Positions 30,677 through 38,642 of a DNA stretch of 60,760 nt are shown here, one piece after another. A program made the translations under genes and the position numbers. The stretch is from positions 1-60,760 of the IMG/VR virus record IMGVR_UViG_3300030060_000709, one strand, 5' to 3'. The stretch comes from a virus (Duplodnaviria; Caudoviricetes). The notes beneath the pieces are model-generated. The model was not told the origin of the DNA and ran no database searches. It worked only from the letters and a program-made list of their open reading frames with translations. How positions within the stretch are numbered: position 1 is the first letter of the stretch; each line of letters starts with the position of its first letter.

Positions 30677-31552
30677 TGACTCGTTCAATCAGACTGGTTT
30701 TCTTGAACTTCTTGACTCGCTTGCTCGAACTGGTTTTCTCCTGCGGCATGACTCGCTTTGTACTCGTTGGTTTTCTAAACTTCCATGACTCGCTAACACT
30801 ATTTGGTTTTCTACATAAATGTGACTCGCTTTTGACCGTTGGTTTTCTAGAGTGTTGTGACTCGCTTGATCAATCTGGTTTTCTCCCTAATCCTGACGCG
30901 CTATTCGGTCATGGTTTTCTTCCTTTTTGTGACTCGCTTTTTTGCCTAGGGTTTCTCGTTATTGATGACTCGCTAACTGGAAATGGTTTTCTTGTCCTCG
31001 ATGACTCGCTTGATTTTTAATGGTTTTCTCACCATCTTTGACTCGCTTACCGACTCTGGTTTTCTCCAAATGGTTGACTCGCTTTCCAATTTTGGTTTTC
31101 TGTTTAACGCTGACTCGCTTCATTGAGGTGGTTTTCTAATTCTCATTGACTCGCTCATTTGCCGTGGTTTTCTCCACTGGTGTGACTCGCTTTGCTTTGC
31201 TGGTTTTCTTGTTCCATGTGACTCGCTCATGGGAAATGGTTTTCTTCCTTGCCCTGACTCGCTTTTTGGTTATGGTTTTCTCAAAATCTTTGACTCGCTC
31301 ATCCACGTTGGTTTTCTTGGGAACCCTGACTCGCTTGGCCTAGCTGGTTTTCTTCCTTTTTGTGACTCGCTTACCGACTCTGGTTTTCTCTAAATGGTTG
31401 ACTCGCTTTTTCATTTTGGTTTTCTTTAATAGAATGACTCGCTCCACGCGGCTGGTTTTCTCCACATGGTTGACTCGCTTTCCTTCCTTTGGTTTTCTGC
31501 GTTAATATGACTCGCTCGTCCATGTTGGTTTTCTTTCCTAACTTGACTCGCT
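30677..31552 (-). repeat. TIGR-type tandem interspaced guide RNA array, 24 units of 36 (three of 37) nt
   Basis: 25 copies of TGACTCGCT and 24 of TGGTTTTCT (+ strand) alternating with variable 9-nt (three 10-nt) spacers; sense unit AGTCA-N9-AGAAAACCA-N9-AGCG; begins 3 bp after the stop of the Nop/IS110-like gene. Confidence 0.93.
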
Positions 31553-31555
31553 TGG

Positions 31556-32419
31556 TTATGCGACCTTGTGGTGTATGCCCAACTTGGCTTTGCTGTACTC
31601 GTCTGCGACAGGTAGACCTTCCAGTGTTCGCCATGCTGTGTACAGATCCACAAGGAACCGCTTGACAGTATAGCGTATCGCCATGTTGTTTATGTGTGCC
31701 TTGGTTTTCTCAGCGTGAACTGGCATGTGTTGTATGCGGCTCTTGTAATTATCGTAGACCTCACGGTACTTACCATTGGTCTTAACAAACGAAGAACCCA
31801 AAACACCAATCAATTTAGTCTTCATAAAGGGATTGAACGATATACCTTTCTTGGTCTGCTCCTTACCCTCTGAATCCAAATAAGTCTGATCCACCAGATG
31901 TTCTTTTATGCGAGACCGACCCTTATCACCCACGACATCAAGCCCTGCGTATGCCCATAATGAACTCGCATACTGCGCTTTGTGAATGTCGAAGCCACTA
32001 ATTATGACAGCCGCCATCGTTGGGCCGACACCTTTCACATCTTCCAAGAAATGCTTGTAGATCGGAAACTTCTTGACCGCATAGGTGATCTGCTTGAGTG
32101 CGTTCTCTTCTGCCGCCACCAGATCGAAATACTGCTGTATCAATGAGAACTCACTGTACTCCGAGATCAACCCATCTTCCTTGAATCGACGTGGAGTCAT
32201 GGTCACAATGCCATCGGTAATCTTCTTGTAACTTGTTCTAAGATTACTCAGTAACAACTTGGCATCAGTGTCCAGAGTCTCCTCCGACTTGCTTGGTTCC
32301 TGACCAATCTTGATCTTGAAGTTTGCTACTACATTATTACCTACTCTGATGCGTGTCTTCTGCATACTATAGAACCCATTGACTGCTGCTTTTAACATTG
32401 CACTTTGAATATCACTCAT
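31556..32419 (-). CDS. tasA: TIGR-associated Nop-domain protein, nuclease-less (TasA-type)
   Basis: 287 aa from MSDIQ (GGAGAAAGGA RBS, overlaps upstream stop); FYSMQKTRIRVGN helix, VKGVGPTMAAVII HhH, SSLWAYAGL, FNP..KTKL, HINNMAIRY..K.FL..LY..WR; related to IS110 C-terminal/Nop fold; no RuvC (DEDD) or HNH domain visible; abuts the dual-repeat array. Confidence 0.85.
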   Translation of the reverse strand: MSDIQSAMLKAAVNGFYSMQKTRIRVGNNVVANFKIKIGQEPSKSEETLDTDAKLLLSNLRTSYKKITDGIVTMTPRRFKEDGLISEYSEFSLIQQYFDLVAAEENALKQITYAVKKFPIYKHFLEDVKGVGPTMAAVIISGFDIHKAQYASSLWAYAGLDVVGDKGRSRIKEHLVDQTYLDSEGKEQTKKGISFNPFMKTKLIGVLGSSFVKTNGKYREVYDNYKSRIQHMPVHAEKTKAHINNMAIRYTVKRFLVDLYTAWRTLEGLPVADEYSKAKLGIHHKVA

Positions 32420-33614
32420 TTCCTTTCTCCTCGTCGTTAATGTATATAAAGTATAAGTCCTCGTCGTGTCTGAACCCCACGTCCTCCACGTTGTCACCCA
32501 CCTCTAGCATCGACAACACACTAAGTGAACCACGTAAACTCTCGCTTATGTTGTCATTGGTAAATGTCATCGGGCGGTTGTCATCGTCAGTCAACTCCCA
32601 TATTTCTCTTTCATAAGCGGTGGCGTTAACGATGCGGTGTAAACTATATCTCTGCACACCATGTCTATCTTCGTAGACCCGCACTGCATCCATGTCGTAG
32701 GTCTTGCCACGTATTTCTTCGTAGTGTTTGTACACGTCACGCAACTCTCTCACCCTCTGTTCAACCACGTTGGATAGAAACTCATGCCCTGTGTCTAGCA
32801 GATTGTAAAGCTCTTTTGCCAACTTAGAATTGGCGCTACCGATAAGCTCCCTAACCTTTTCAAGTTTGTCATCCTTATCGTGCGCTCTATCGCGTCTATG
32901 CTGATTGGCTTTGTAACCTGCATCATCTATGGTTTGTCTCAATGATTCTGCCTCAGTAAACGGTCTGAACTCTGCTGAAGCACGGCTTACTGCTGCTTCT
33001 TTTGCACCATAAAATGCCATGTGATAAATCTTATTCTCTGGGATGGATTTATTATTGATGATGTGTCTTGAGTACAACACGTACTTCTTCTTGCCTGTCT
33101 TGGTTTTTGAGTAATCACCGTAAGCAATCCACCCAAGGCAATACATATCTTGTGGACGGTACACATGGACTTTAGCAGGTGCTTCATAATTAAAATCTCT
33201 TACCCATTCATACTCGTCATAGTCATAGATTTTATCTAGGTCTACCTTACCATCCCTCTCGTGAAATATATCTCTGGGGTAATTTACGCGACCCAAGTCA
33301 CCGAAGAAACTAAGTGCCCCACCAAACGATTTATGTAGTGAGCGGATATAGTTCTTCAAACAGTTTGTGCTACGGATAACTCGACGCATATTTTCCAACT
33401 TTGATTCACCACGCCTTATGTCGTGCCTTTCTAAACGGTCGTTGTAAGAATACGCAGATACGTAAAACTTACTTTCGTCGTGTACTTCCATATCTTCTGA
33501 GTCAATAAGTATTTGCTTGCTACCTTTCTCAACCAGTTCAGATACTTGTATTGGTCGGTGTTCGCCATACAATTTATAACCTGTTTCCTTACCTGTCAGC
33601 TTTCTAAACTTCAT
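32412..33614 (-). CDS. Early hypothetical protein (400 aa)
   Basis: Long ORF coupled to neighbours; C-terminal LRGSLSVLSMLEVGDNVEDVGFR domain. Confidence 0.8.
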   Translation of the reverse strand: MKFRKLTGKETGYKLYGEHRPIQVSELVEKGSKQILIDSEDMEVHDESKFYVSAYSYNDRLERHDIRRGESKLENMRRVIRSTNCLKNYIRSLHKSFGGALSFFGDLGRVNYPRDIFHERDGKVDLDKIYDYDEYEWVRDFNYEAPAKVHVYRPQDMYCLGWIAYGDYSKTKTGKKKYVLYSRHIINNKSIPENKIYHMAFYGAKEAAVSRASAEFRPFTEAESLRQTIDDAGYKANQHRRDRAHDKDDKLEKVRELIGSANSKLAKELYNLLDTGHEFLSNVVEQRVRELRDVYKHYEEIRGKTYDMDAVRVYEDRHGVQRYSLHRIVNATAYEREIWELTDDDNRPMTFTNDNISESLRGSLSVLSMLEVGDNVEDVGFRHDEDLYFIYINDEEKGNE

Positions 33615-34509
33615 CTTCGTTCTCCTGTCGTATGGGTAGATACTTGTAAAAGTCGCAGTGTGTGTTCACCAGATTGTTGATCTGTGTCTTGAATTTGTTT
33701 CTGTCGGTGAACTGTTCGGGGTACACATACTCACGTTTAACATTGTCCCAATGCATACTGTGACCGCTTGTTCGTATGTGTCGCATGAAATAAGTCAGTA
33801 GATCAACACGCTGTGTGTCGTCATATCTTCGTAGTATTGTTCGTACCCTTTCTGTGGTGGGAGTATCAGCAACGGTTGGTCTGTGCTTATCTATGCCGCC
33901 CTTCAGAACTGGAGCCATGATGCAAGCCCAATCAGAGAAGTCACGTATCGCACTGGCATACTCACGCTTGGTCTCTTTGTCCACCAACTTCTTAGCACGT
34001 AACCATCTAGGCGTGAGAAGTGACCATACCACCAAATCGTGACGAATTTGCTTTCTCTCAAACAGATACTCTCGGTACTCAGTGGCTTGCATTACATATG
34101 CACCTCCGCTCGTCGTTGCCCACGAACCTACAGATGGGGGTAGGTAATACTTCTCACCTTTAAGGTGTATGTGTTGTGATGCGTAGTCCATCGGGTACGG
34201 CACATACCTATTAAGAAAGCTGATGACTGCATTTGAGTGGGAACTTATGCCATGACATATCGTGACAAACTCCCTACTCCTTCCTTCTCGTTCCCAAGTG
34301 ATGAGTGGGTAAAGATCCCCATTGGGTATGTGTCCTGAGTATTCACCTGTCATGCCTAGCACGTACTTGTCATCGTTTACTTTGACGATCCGTTCATGCT
34401 TGCGCCTACGATCACCTATGGGTCTTATGTCATCCTCCAACGTGTGGTGTTTACTCTTCATGGGTTTGATACTGTCGTACCAGTTTTCTACTTCTTCAAA
34501 AGTATTCAT
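33604..34509 (-). CDS. Early hypothetical protein (301 aa)
   Basis: GAGGAG RBS; TFEEVENWY..IKP...DIRPIGDRRRKHERI N-terminus. Confidence 0.8.
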   Translation of the reverse strand: MNTFEEVENWYDSIKPMKSKHHTLEDDIRPIGDRRRKHERIVKVNDDKYVLGMTGEYSGHIPNGDLYPLITWEREGRSREFVTICHGISSHSNAVISFLNRYVPYPMDYASQHIHLKGEKYYLPPSVGSWATTSGGAYVMQATEYREYLFERKQIRHDLVVWSLLTPRWLRAKKLVDKETKREYASAIRDFSDWACIMAPVLKGGIDKHRPTVADTPTTERVRTILRRYDDTQRVDLLTYFMRHIRTSGHSMHWDNVKREYVYPEQFTDRNKFKTQINNLVNTHCDFYKYLPIRQENEDEV

Positions 34510-34534
34510 CTGTTTCTCCTCTGTATAAATTTAC

Positions 34535-34559
34535 TGTATGACCAAACTTTGGTCATACA
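34535..34559. promoter_or_regulatory. 25-bp palindromic element, copy 2 of 6 (perfect 12-1-12)
   Basis: TGTATGACCAAACTTTGGTCATACA. Confidence 0.8.
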
Positions 34560-34560
34560 C

Positions 34561-34710
34561 CTAGCCTTGTTGTATCCGCTTCCATGCGGCTTCGATTTCT
34601 TCCTTGGTGTATGGGTTAGCCGCACCATTGAACCACGGAGATGTGGCGTACTTCACCAAAAACTCCATGATCGCCTTTGCTTCACCCCATTCCATTCTCT
34701 CGTCAGTCAT
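34561..34710 (-). CDS. Small hypothetical protein (49 aa)
   Basis: Manual translation MTDERMEWGEAKAIMEFLVKYATSPWFNGAANPYTKEEIEAAWKRIQQG*; start overlaps VWA gene stop (TAATG). Confidence 0.6.
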   Translation of the reverse strand: MTDERMEWGEAKAIMEFLVKYATSPWFNGAANPYTKEEIEAAWKRIQQG

Positions 34711-35903
34711 TACATATTCCTCGATTCAATATGAGTTACCTTGCCCACGTTAGGCTTGGCTCCCTTGTTATCCAATATTGCCCAGAGTAAAGGGCAACTC
34801 CAATCACCCCAACTACCTGCCAAGTAGCCATCAGTCAGAACAATGACTGCTTGGGGAGTGATGCGTTCTTCCTTCATGTACTCAGTGACGCACTCAACCT
34901 CTGTGCCGCCACCACCCACAGGTTTAGTAGACTTGGTGAGATTATCTATCTCGTCCATCTCATAGGTCTCGTCACCTGCTATCTTGTGACCCCAGTAGAT
35001 CAATCGCACCTTGTCTGGTTTTACTGTGGTGCATATCCCCTTGACCTCAGTGAGAAACAATGTGAGTTCACGCTGTCCGATAGACCCAGACGTATCGACT
35101 GCGAGTACAAGTTCTTCGACCTTCTCTGAGACACCACTTGGCATGTAGATACCCTGCCCAATGAATCTGCGGTTCGGTCTGTTCCATGTCGAGAAGTCCT
35201 TACCTGCACAGGTAGCGTTGATAAACTCACGTAACATCTCACGCCAATCGACTTGTGGCTTGAGCAACTCATCGAAGTCACGATCAACGTTATGTCCCAA
35301 CTTACCTGCCGACAGCGCACCTTGGCGTATGGCTTCATCGATGTCCCGTTCGAGTTGACGTTCTTCATCTTCTGATAGACCGTCAGCACCCTCCCAGTCA
35401 TGTTCGTCCAGTGGCTCGCCATGTCCACCTCCGCCACCTCCACCACCGCCTTCTTCTTGGTCTTGCTTGAGGATGTCGAATACTTGCTTGGCGTTCATGC
35501 CACGGAATCGTTCATCGATGCACCCACCATCAGGTAGCTTGGCGAACCCATCCCTGTTCTCATCTTGTATCTTGAGATTGATGACGAAATCACATGCCAT
35601 GTTTGCCAGTTTGCCATCTTGATCCCACAGATCACGCCACGTTGTAAGGTGTCGAAACAACTTGTGGTAGTTTTCGTGCAGTACCAGCCCGCGCAACTCA
35701 GCGTCAGTCAGTCCAATAATAAACTTGCGACCATACCTCTCGTCACGTCCGTTGGTATAGGCTGTTGGCACGTCATCTTCTACTGTCTTGTCACCAATCA
35801 TCAGTACACCTGCCAGTGCTGTGTACTTAGGTTCAGCCATGATAGCGACCACTGCCTTGTTCAGACGTTCTTCGCCTGTCAGTTCTCTGTTACCAATTAA
35901 CAT
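34710..35903 (-). CDS. DUF2201-type metallopeptidase-VWA protein
   Basis: PTAYTNG, VLHENYH (HExxH), N.ACD..IN, VDTSGS MIDAS, GGGT, LTDG. Confidence 0.88.
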   Translation of the reverse strand: MLIGNRELTGEERLNKAVVAIMAEPKYTALAGVLMIGDKTVEDDVPTAYTNGRDERYGRKFIIGLTDAELRGLVLHENYHKLFRHLTTWRDLWDQDGKLANMACDFVINLKIQDENRDGFAKLPDGGCIDERFRGMNAKQVFDILKQDQEEGGGGGGGGGHGEPLDEHDWEGADGLSEDEERQLERDIDEAIRQGALSAGKLGHNVDRDFDELLKPQVDWREMLREFINATCAGKDFSTWNRPNRRFIGQGIYMPSGVSEKVEELVLAVDTSGSIGQRELTLFLTEVKGICTTVKPDKVRLIYWGHKIAGDETYEMDEIDNLTKSTKPVGGGGTEVECVTEYMKEERITPQAVIVLTDGYLAGSWGDWSCPLLWAILDNKGAKPNVGKVTHIESRNM

Positions 35904-35914
35904 CTTGTCACCTC

Positions 35915-37012
35915 CTACTTCTTGTCTGCACTGAACAGATAGTTGTTAGCTACCGCCCAGTCTGTGAATTTACCATTAGCTACAACCACCTTGCGATGTT
36001 GGTATGTCTCGCGTATGGCTTGGTTGACAAACATACCCTGCGCTTCAGTGTCGAGCCGCACCATGTAATCCATCCATGCGTCAATCCACTTGTTACTCAT
36101 CTCCATCAGTGCCTTAGTCACCACCATGCAAACTGCCGCTGTACTGTCAGGCACAACTGCGGTCTTGGGGTTGTTCTTGAGTGACTCAAGTGATGGTAGC
36201 TGATCGCCAATCTTTACAAACGCCATCAAGTCCATCGCTGTACGCTCACCAACAGCACCCATGAGTAGTGCAGTCAGGGTGTGATCGTCTAGGTTGTGAC
36301 GTTGCTTGAGTACGTCAGATGCAGCATGACCACTGCGCGGTGTGAAGAATGACCTACGCTCTTGACGTGGGTGGAAAATGTACAGATTGTCATCGGGATC
36401 TTTGACCTGTGTGAAGTCTTGGAACAATGCGGTCTTGTACTCTTTGACGAACCCAAGCAATGCCAGATCAAAGTCGTTGCGTATGCCATAGGCTATGTAG
36501 TCATCAGCCGTTGGCTTCTTCATACGGACTAGGACAAGTCTATTCCGTGCATGGGGTGGTAGCATGTCACCCACGTTCTCAGCGCCAAGGTTAGTGGTGG
36601 CAAATATTATCGAGTCAGGGTGTAGTGTGTAACCACCGATCTTGCGCTCCAACATAAGTCGTAGCAGTGAGTTCTTGACGGCAGTGTTAGCCTTGCCATA
36701 CTCGTCAATCATCAAGAGCACTGGTTTGTGGTGATGTGCGCCCAGTTCTTCGTTGGTCAAATACTGAACGTACCCAGAGCCGTCATCCATGTGGGCGATG
36801 TTAGGTATGGTGATATCACCCAAGTCCTTGGTGGTACAGTCAAAGTAGCAAGGCATGTGCGTGGCTTTGACTGCGGCTAGCATCGGTAGCATCGATGACT
36901 TGCCAGTGCCCATGTGACCTTCGACCAACATAGTCCGTAGGTGACCTGTGTGTAACAGTGCGTTAACACACTGATCGATTGATAATGCGTAAATATCTTT
37001 TGCGTCTGACAT
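35915..37012 (-). CDS. AAA+ ATPase (MoxR-like), partner of the VWA protein
   Basis: GHMGTGKS Walker A, LLMIDE Walker B, ATTN, RNR, TPRS; adjacent to the VWA gene. Confidence 0.88.
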   Translation of the reverse strand: MSDAKDIYALSIDQCVNALLHTGHLRTMLVEGHMGTGKSSMLPMLAAVKATHMPCYFDCTTKDLGDITIPNIAHMDDGSGYVQYLTNEELGAHHHKPVLLMIDEYGKANTAVKNSLLRLMLERKIGGYTLHPDSIIFATTNLGAENVGDMLPPHARNRLVLVRMKKPTADDYIAYGIRNDFDLALLGFVKEYKTALFQDFTQVKDPDDNLYIFHPRQERRSFFTPRSGHAASDVLKQRHNLDDHTLTALLMGAVGERTAMDLMAFVKIGDQLPSLESLKNNPKTAVVPDSTAAVCMVVTKALMEMSNKWIDAWMDYMVRLDTEAQGMFVNQAIRETYQHRKVVVANGKFTDWAVANNYLFSADKK

Positions 37013-37030
37013 AATAGTTCTCCAATGTGG

Positions 37031-37055
37031 TGTATGACCAAACTCTGGTCATACA
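37031..37055. promoter_or_regulatory. 25-bp palindromic element, copy 3 of 6
   Basis: TGTATGACCAAACTCTGGTCATACA. Confidence 0.8.
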
Positions 37056-37061
37056 GTTAGT

Positions 37062-37970
37062 TTACATATCAAGTGTGGGTATCTGTGCTATCGCGTCATC
37101 CATAGCACGTTTGGTTTCGGCACGGAGCCGAGAGTCTTGCCGTACAGCATCAGGTGTAATGCCATGCAGTGCATCTTCAATCCGCAAGCGCATTGCTTCC
37201 ATCTGACAGTCGCCAGTGACATTGCACGTCTTGAGCATTTCAAGCATGTGATGCATATTGGTAAACAACGTATCGCGGAACGTCTTTGACCCTGTCTTTG
37301 TTGCTTTGTCATCTTCCGTAGGTTCGGCAAACTTGTCCGACATATTCGACAAGCAAGTATGCAACTGAGTCCAAAGGTCATTCATTGCCCCTGAAATCTG
37401 TTCGTTGTAATACTCCTTGTAGTGTGTGGTCAATGTTTGCTTGGTTTCGTTACCAACGTCCACACGAAAGTCACCTGCATCAGGCACAGGCATATAGCTA
37501 ATGTGGAATCGGAACTTATCGCGGATCTGATCGGGGTGGGGATAGTCGCTAGGATCGAACAAGTCACCCAGACGAACTTGAGCTTGAGCCAACTCAAAAG
37601 GGTAGGCGCGGTCGAAGTCATCGACCAGTTTGTAGAACTCGTTCTGCCACTCAGTCATCTCAGGATGAAACTTGAAATACTGTTCAGTGGATAGCAAGCG
37701 CGGTCCGGTGTCTGCCCAAGGTAGGGTGCGCTTGTAGGATGCGTTACGTGCGTTCTTACTTTGCTTGTCAATCGCGTGTAGTGTGGCACAGTCACCCAGT
37801 AACTTCTTAGTGACAGTAGCCGTACCGCGATCTGCCTTCTTGTCGGTGGTTACTTCCTCGGACACAGCCTTGTCCTTCTTGCGTCCTGTCCAACAGTTGA
37901 TGCGAACCTCAACTAACATTGCGCTAGAAGAGATACTTGGTGTGTCGATCTCAGTTGCTTCAAAGTTCAT
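37062..37970 (-). CDS. DUF3150-like early protein
   Basis: WTGRKKD, TLPW...G.RLL, LGDLFDPSDYP, PVPDAGDFR; sits next to the AAA/VWA pair. Confidence 0.7.
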   Translation of the reverse strand: MNFEATEIDTPSISSSAMLVEVRINCWTGRKKDKAVSEEVTTDKKADRGTATVTKKLLGDCATLHAIDKQSKNARNASYKRTLPWADTGPRLLSTEQYFKFHPEMTEWQNEFYKLVDDFDRAYPFELAQAQVRLGDLFDPSDYPHPDQIRDKFRFHISYMPVPDAGDFRVDVGNETKQTLTTHYKEYYNEQISGAMNDLWTQLHTCLSNMSDKFAEPTEDDKATKTGSKTFRDTLFTNMHHMLEMLKTCNVTGDCQMEAMRLRIEDALHGITPDAVRQDSRLRAETKRAMDDAIAQIPTLDM

Positions 37971-37997
37971 AATGTTTCTCCAATGTTGTTTTGAATC

Positions 37998-38022
37998 TGT
38001 ATGACCAAAGTTAGGTCATACA
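37998..38022. promoter_or_regulatory. 25-bp palindromic element, copy 4 of 6
   Basis: TGTATGACCAAAGTTAGGTCATACA. Confidence 0.8.
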
Positions 38023-38059
38023 CCTAAATGTAAAATGTAGGATACACCTTACATTTTCA

Positions 38060-38088
38060 ATTATGACATAAATACCATTCTGTGTCAA
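38060..38088 (-). promoter_or_regulatory. Strong sigma70-type early promoter
   Basis: Minus strand TTGACA-17 nt-CATAAT with extended -10 TGn; points into the 37970-30380 operon. Confidence 0.8.
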
Positions 38089-38099
38089 GTCATCACATT

Positions 38100-38465
38100 T
38101 TGTATTATATAGTAATAAGTAGTGTTATGTAACACATTGTAACACATTGTAACAACATGAGATGTCGTAAGTTATTGATAATTAAGTAGTGTTACAATGT
38201 TACGTTTTTTCGGGAATTTTGAGGGGAAATATTTACGCGAGGGTGGGAGGGAGATTTTTGTTACAAAGCAAAAAAACCCAACGTAACCATAAACATTCTA
38301 TATAAAATGTTACATTATAAATATATAGATAGAATAGTACTAGATGTTACAGTTTATTAAGTAGTATCTGGTACTCATTGTTATGATGTATCACAATATA
38401 TCACTAGATAATAATGTAACATTATTTTGTTACATTGTGTTACATTGTGTTACGTTTGTTACATT
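38100..38465. repeat. AT-rich non-coding region with inverted clusters of TGTAACA/TGTTACA repeats (candidate origin or packaging/end region)
   Basis: TGTAACACAT-type x3 from 38128 and TGTTACATTG-type x4 from 38428 at ~10-bp period, plus scattered copies between. Confidence 0.7.
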
Positions 38466-38468
38466 AGG

Positions 38469-38604
38469 CTCAACGCAGTATCGGAACTGGTTTCTTTGCC
38501 TGTATGACCAGAGTTTGGTCATACACATGACTGACTCAGCGCAGCAGGGGAACTGGTTTCTGTGATGTGCGTAATGACTCAACGCGGCAAGGGAACTGGT
38601 TTCG
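38469..38604. repeat. Three imperfect ~26-bp direct repeats CTCA(A/G)CGC...GGAACTGGTTTC
   Basis: Copies start at 38469, 38535 and 38578. Confidence 0.75.
38501..38525. promoter_or_regulatory. 25-bp palindromic element, copy 5 of 6
   Basis: TGTATGACCAGAGTTTGGTCATACA (reverse complement of copy 3). Confidence 0.8.
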
Positions 38605-38611
38605 TGGGGCG

Positions 38612-38637
38612 AAAAAAAAGCCCCACCGAAGTGGGGC
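38612..38637 (-). terminator. Rho-independent terminator
   Basis: Minus strand GCCCCAC-TTCG-GTGGGGC + T8, right after the 38643 stop. Confidence 0.85.
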
Positions 38638-38642
38638 ATTGG

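Noticed and set aside
30677-31552. CRISPR array
   Set aside because: Two alternating 9-nt repeats with 9-nt spacers do not fit CRISPR repeat/spacer sizes; no cas operon (the Cas4-like nuclease belongs to the replication module).
30676-31653. ORFs 30676-31020, 31146-31343, 31371-31634, 31426-31653
   Set aside because: By-products of the 36-nt periodicity; frames break at the 10-nt spacers and there are no credible RBSs.
31556-32419. IS110 transposase / insertion sequence
   Set aside because: No N-terminal DEDD RuvC domain and no SG catalytic motif after the AGL segment; linked to a multi-unit array instead of IS ends.
32420-32497. 26-aa N-terminal extension of the tas ORF in the supplied track
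   Set aside because: Overlaps the upstream gene; a good RBS precedes the ATG at 32419.
38125-38135. Self-target of unit 21 (TTATGTAACAC, 11-nt match), and single-spacer hits such as ACATGGACG at 40807
   Set aside because: Matches of 9-11 nt are expected by chance in 60 kb with 24 guides; flanks do not match. I found no full 18-nt self-target by eye, but the scan was not exhaustive.
38469-38604. Second TIGR-like array (TGACTC...TGGTTTC resemblance)
   Set aside because: Spacing is irregular, the inner sequence is conserved rather than variable, and only three copies exist.
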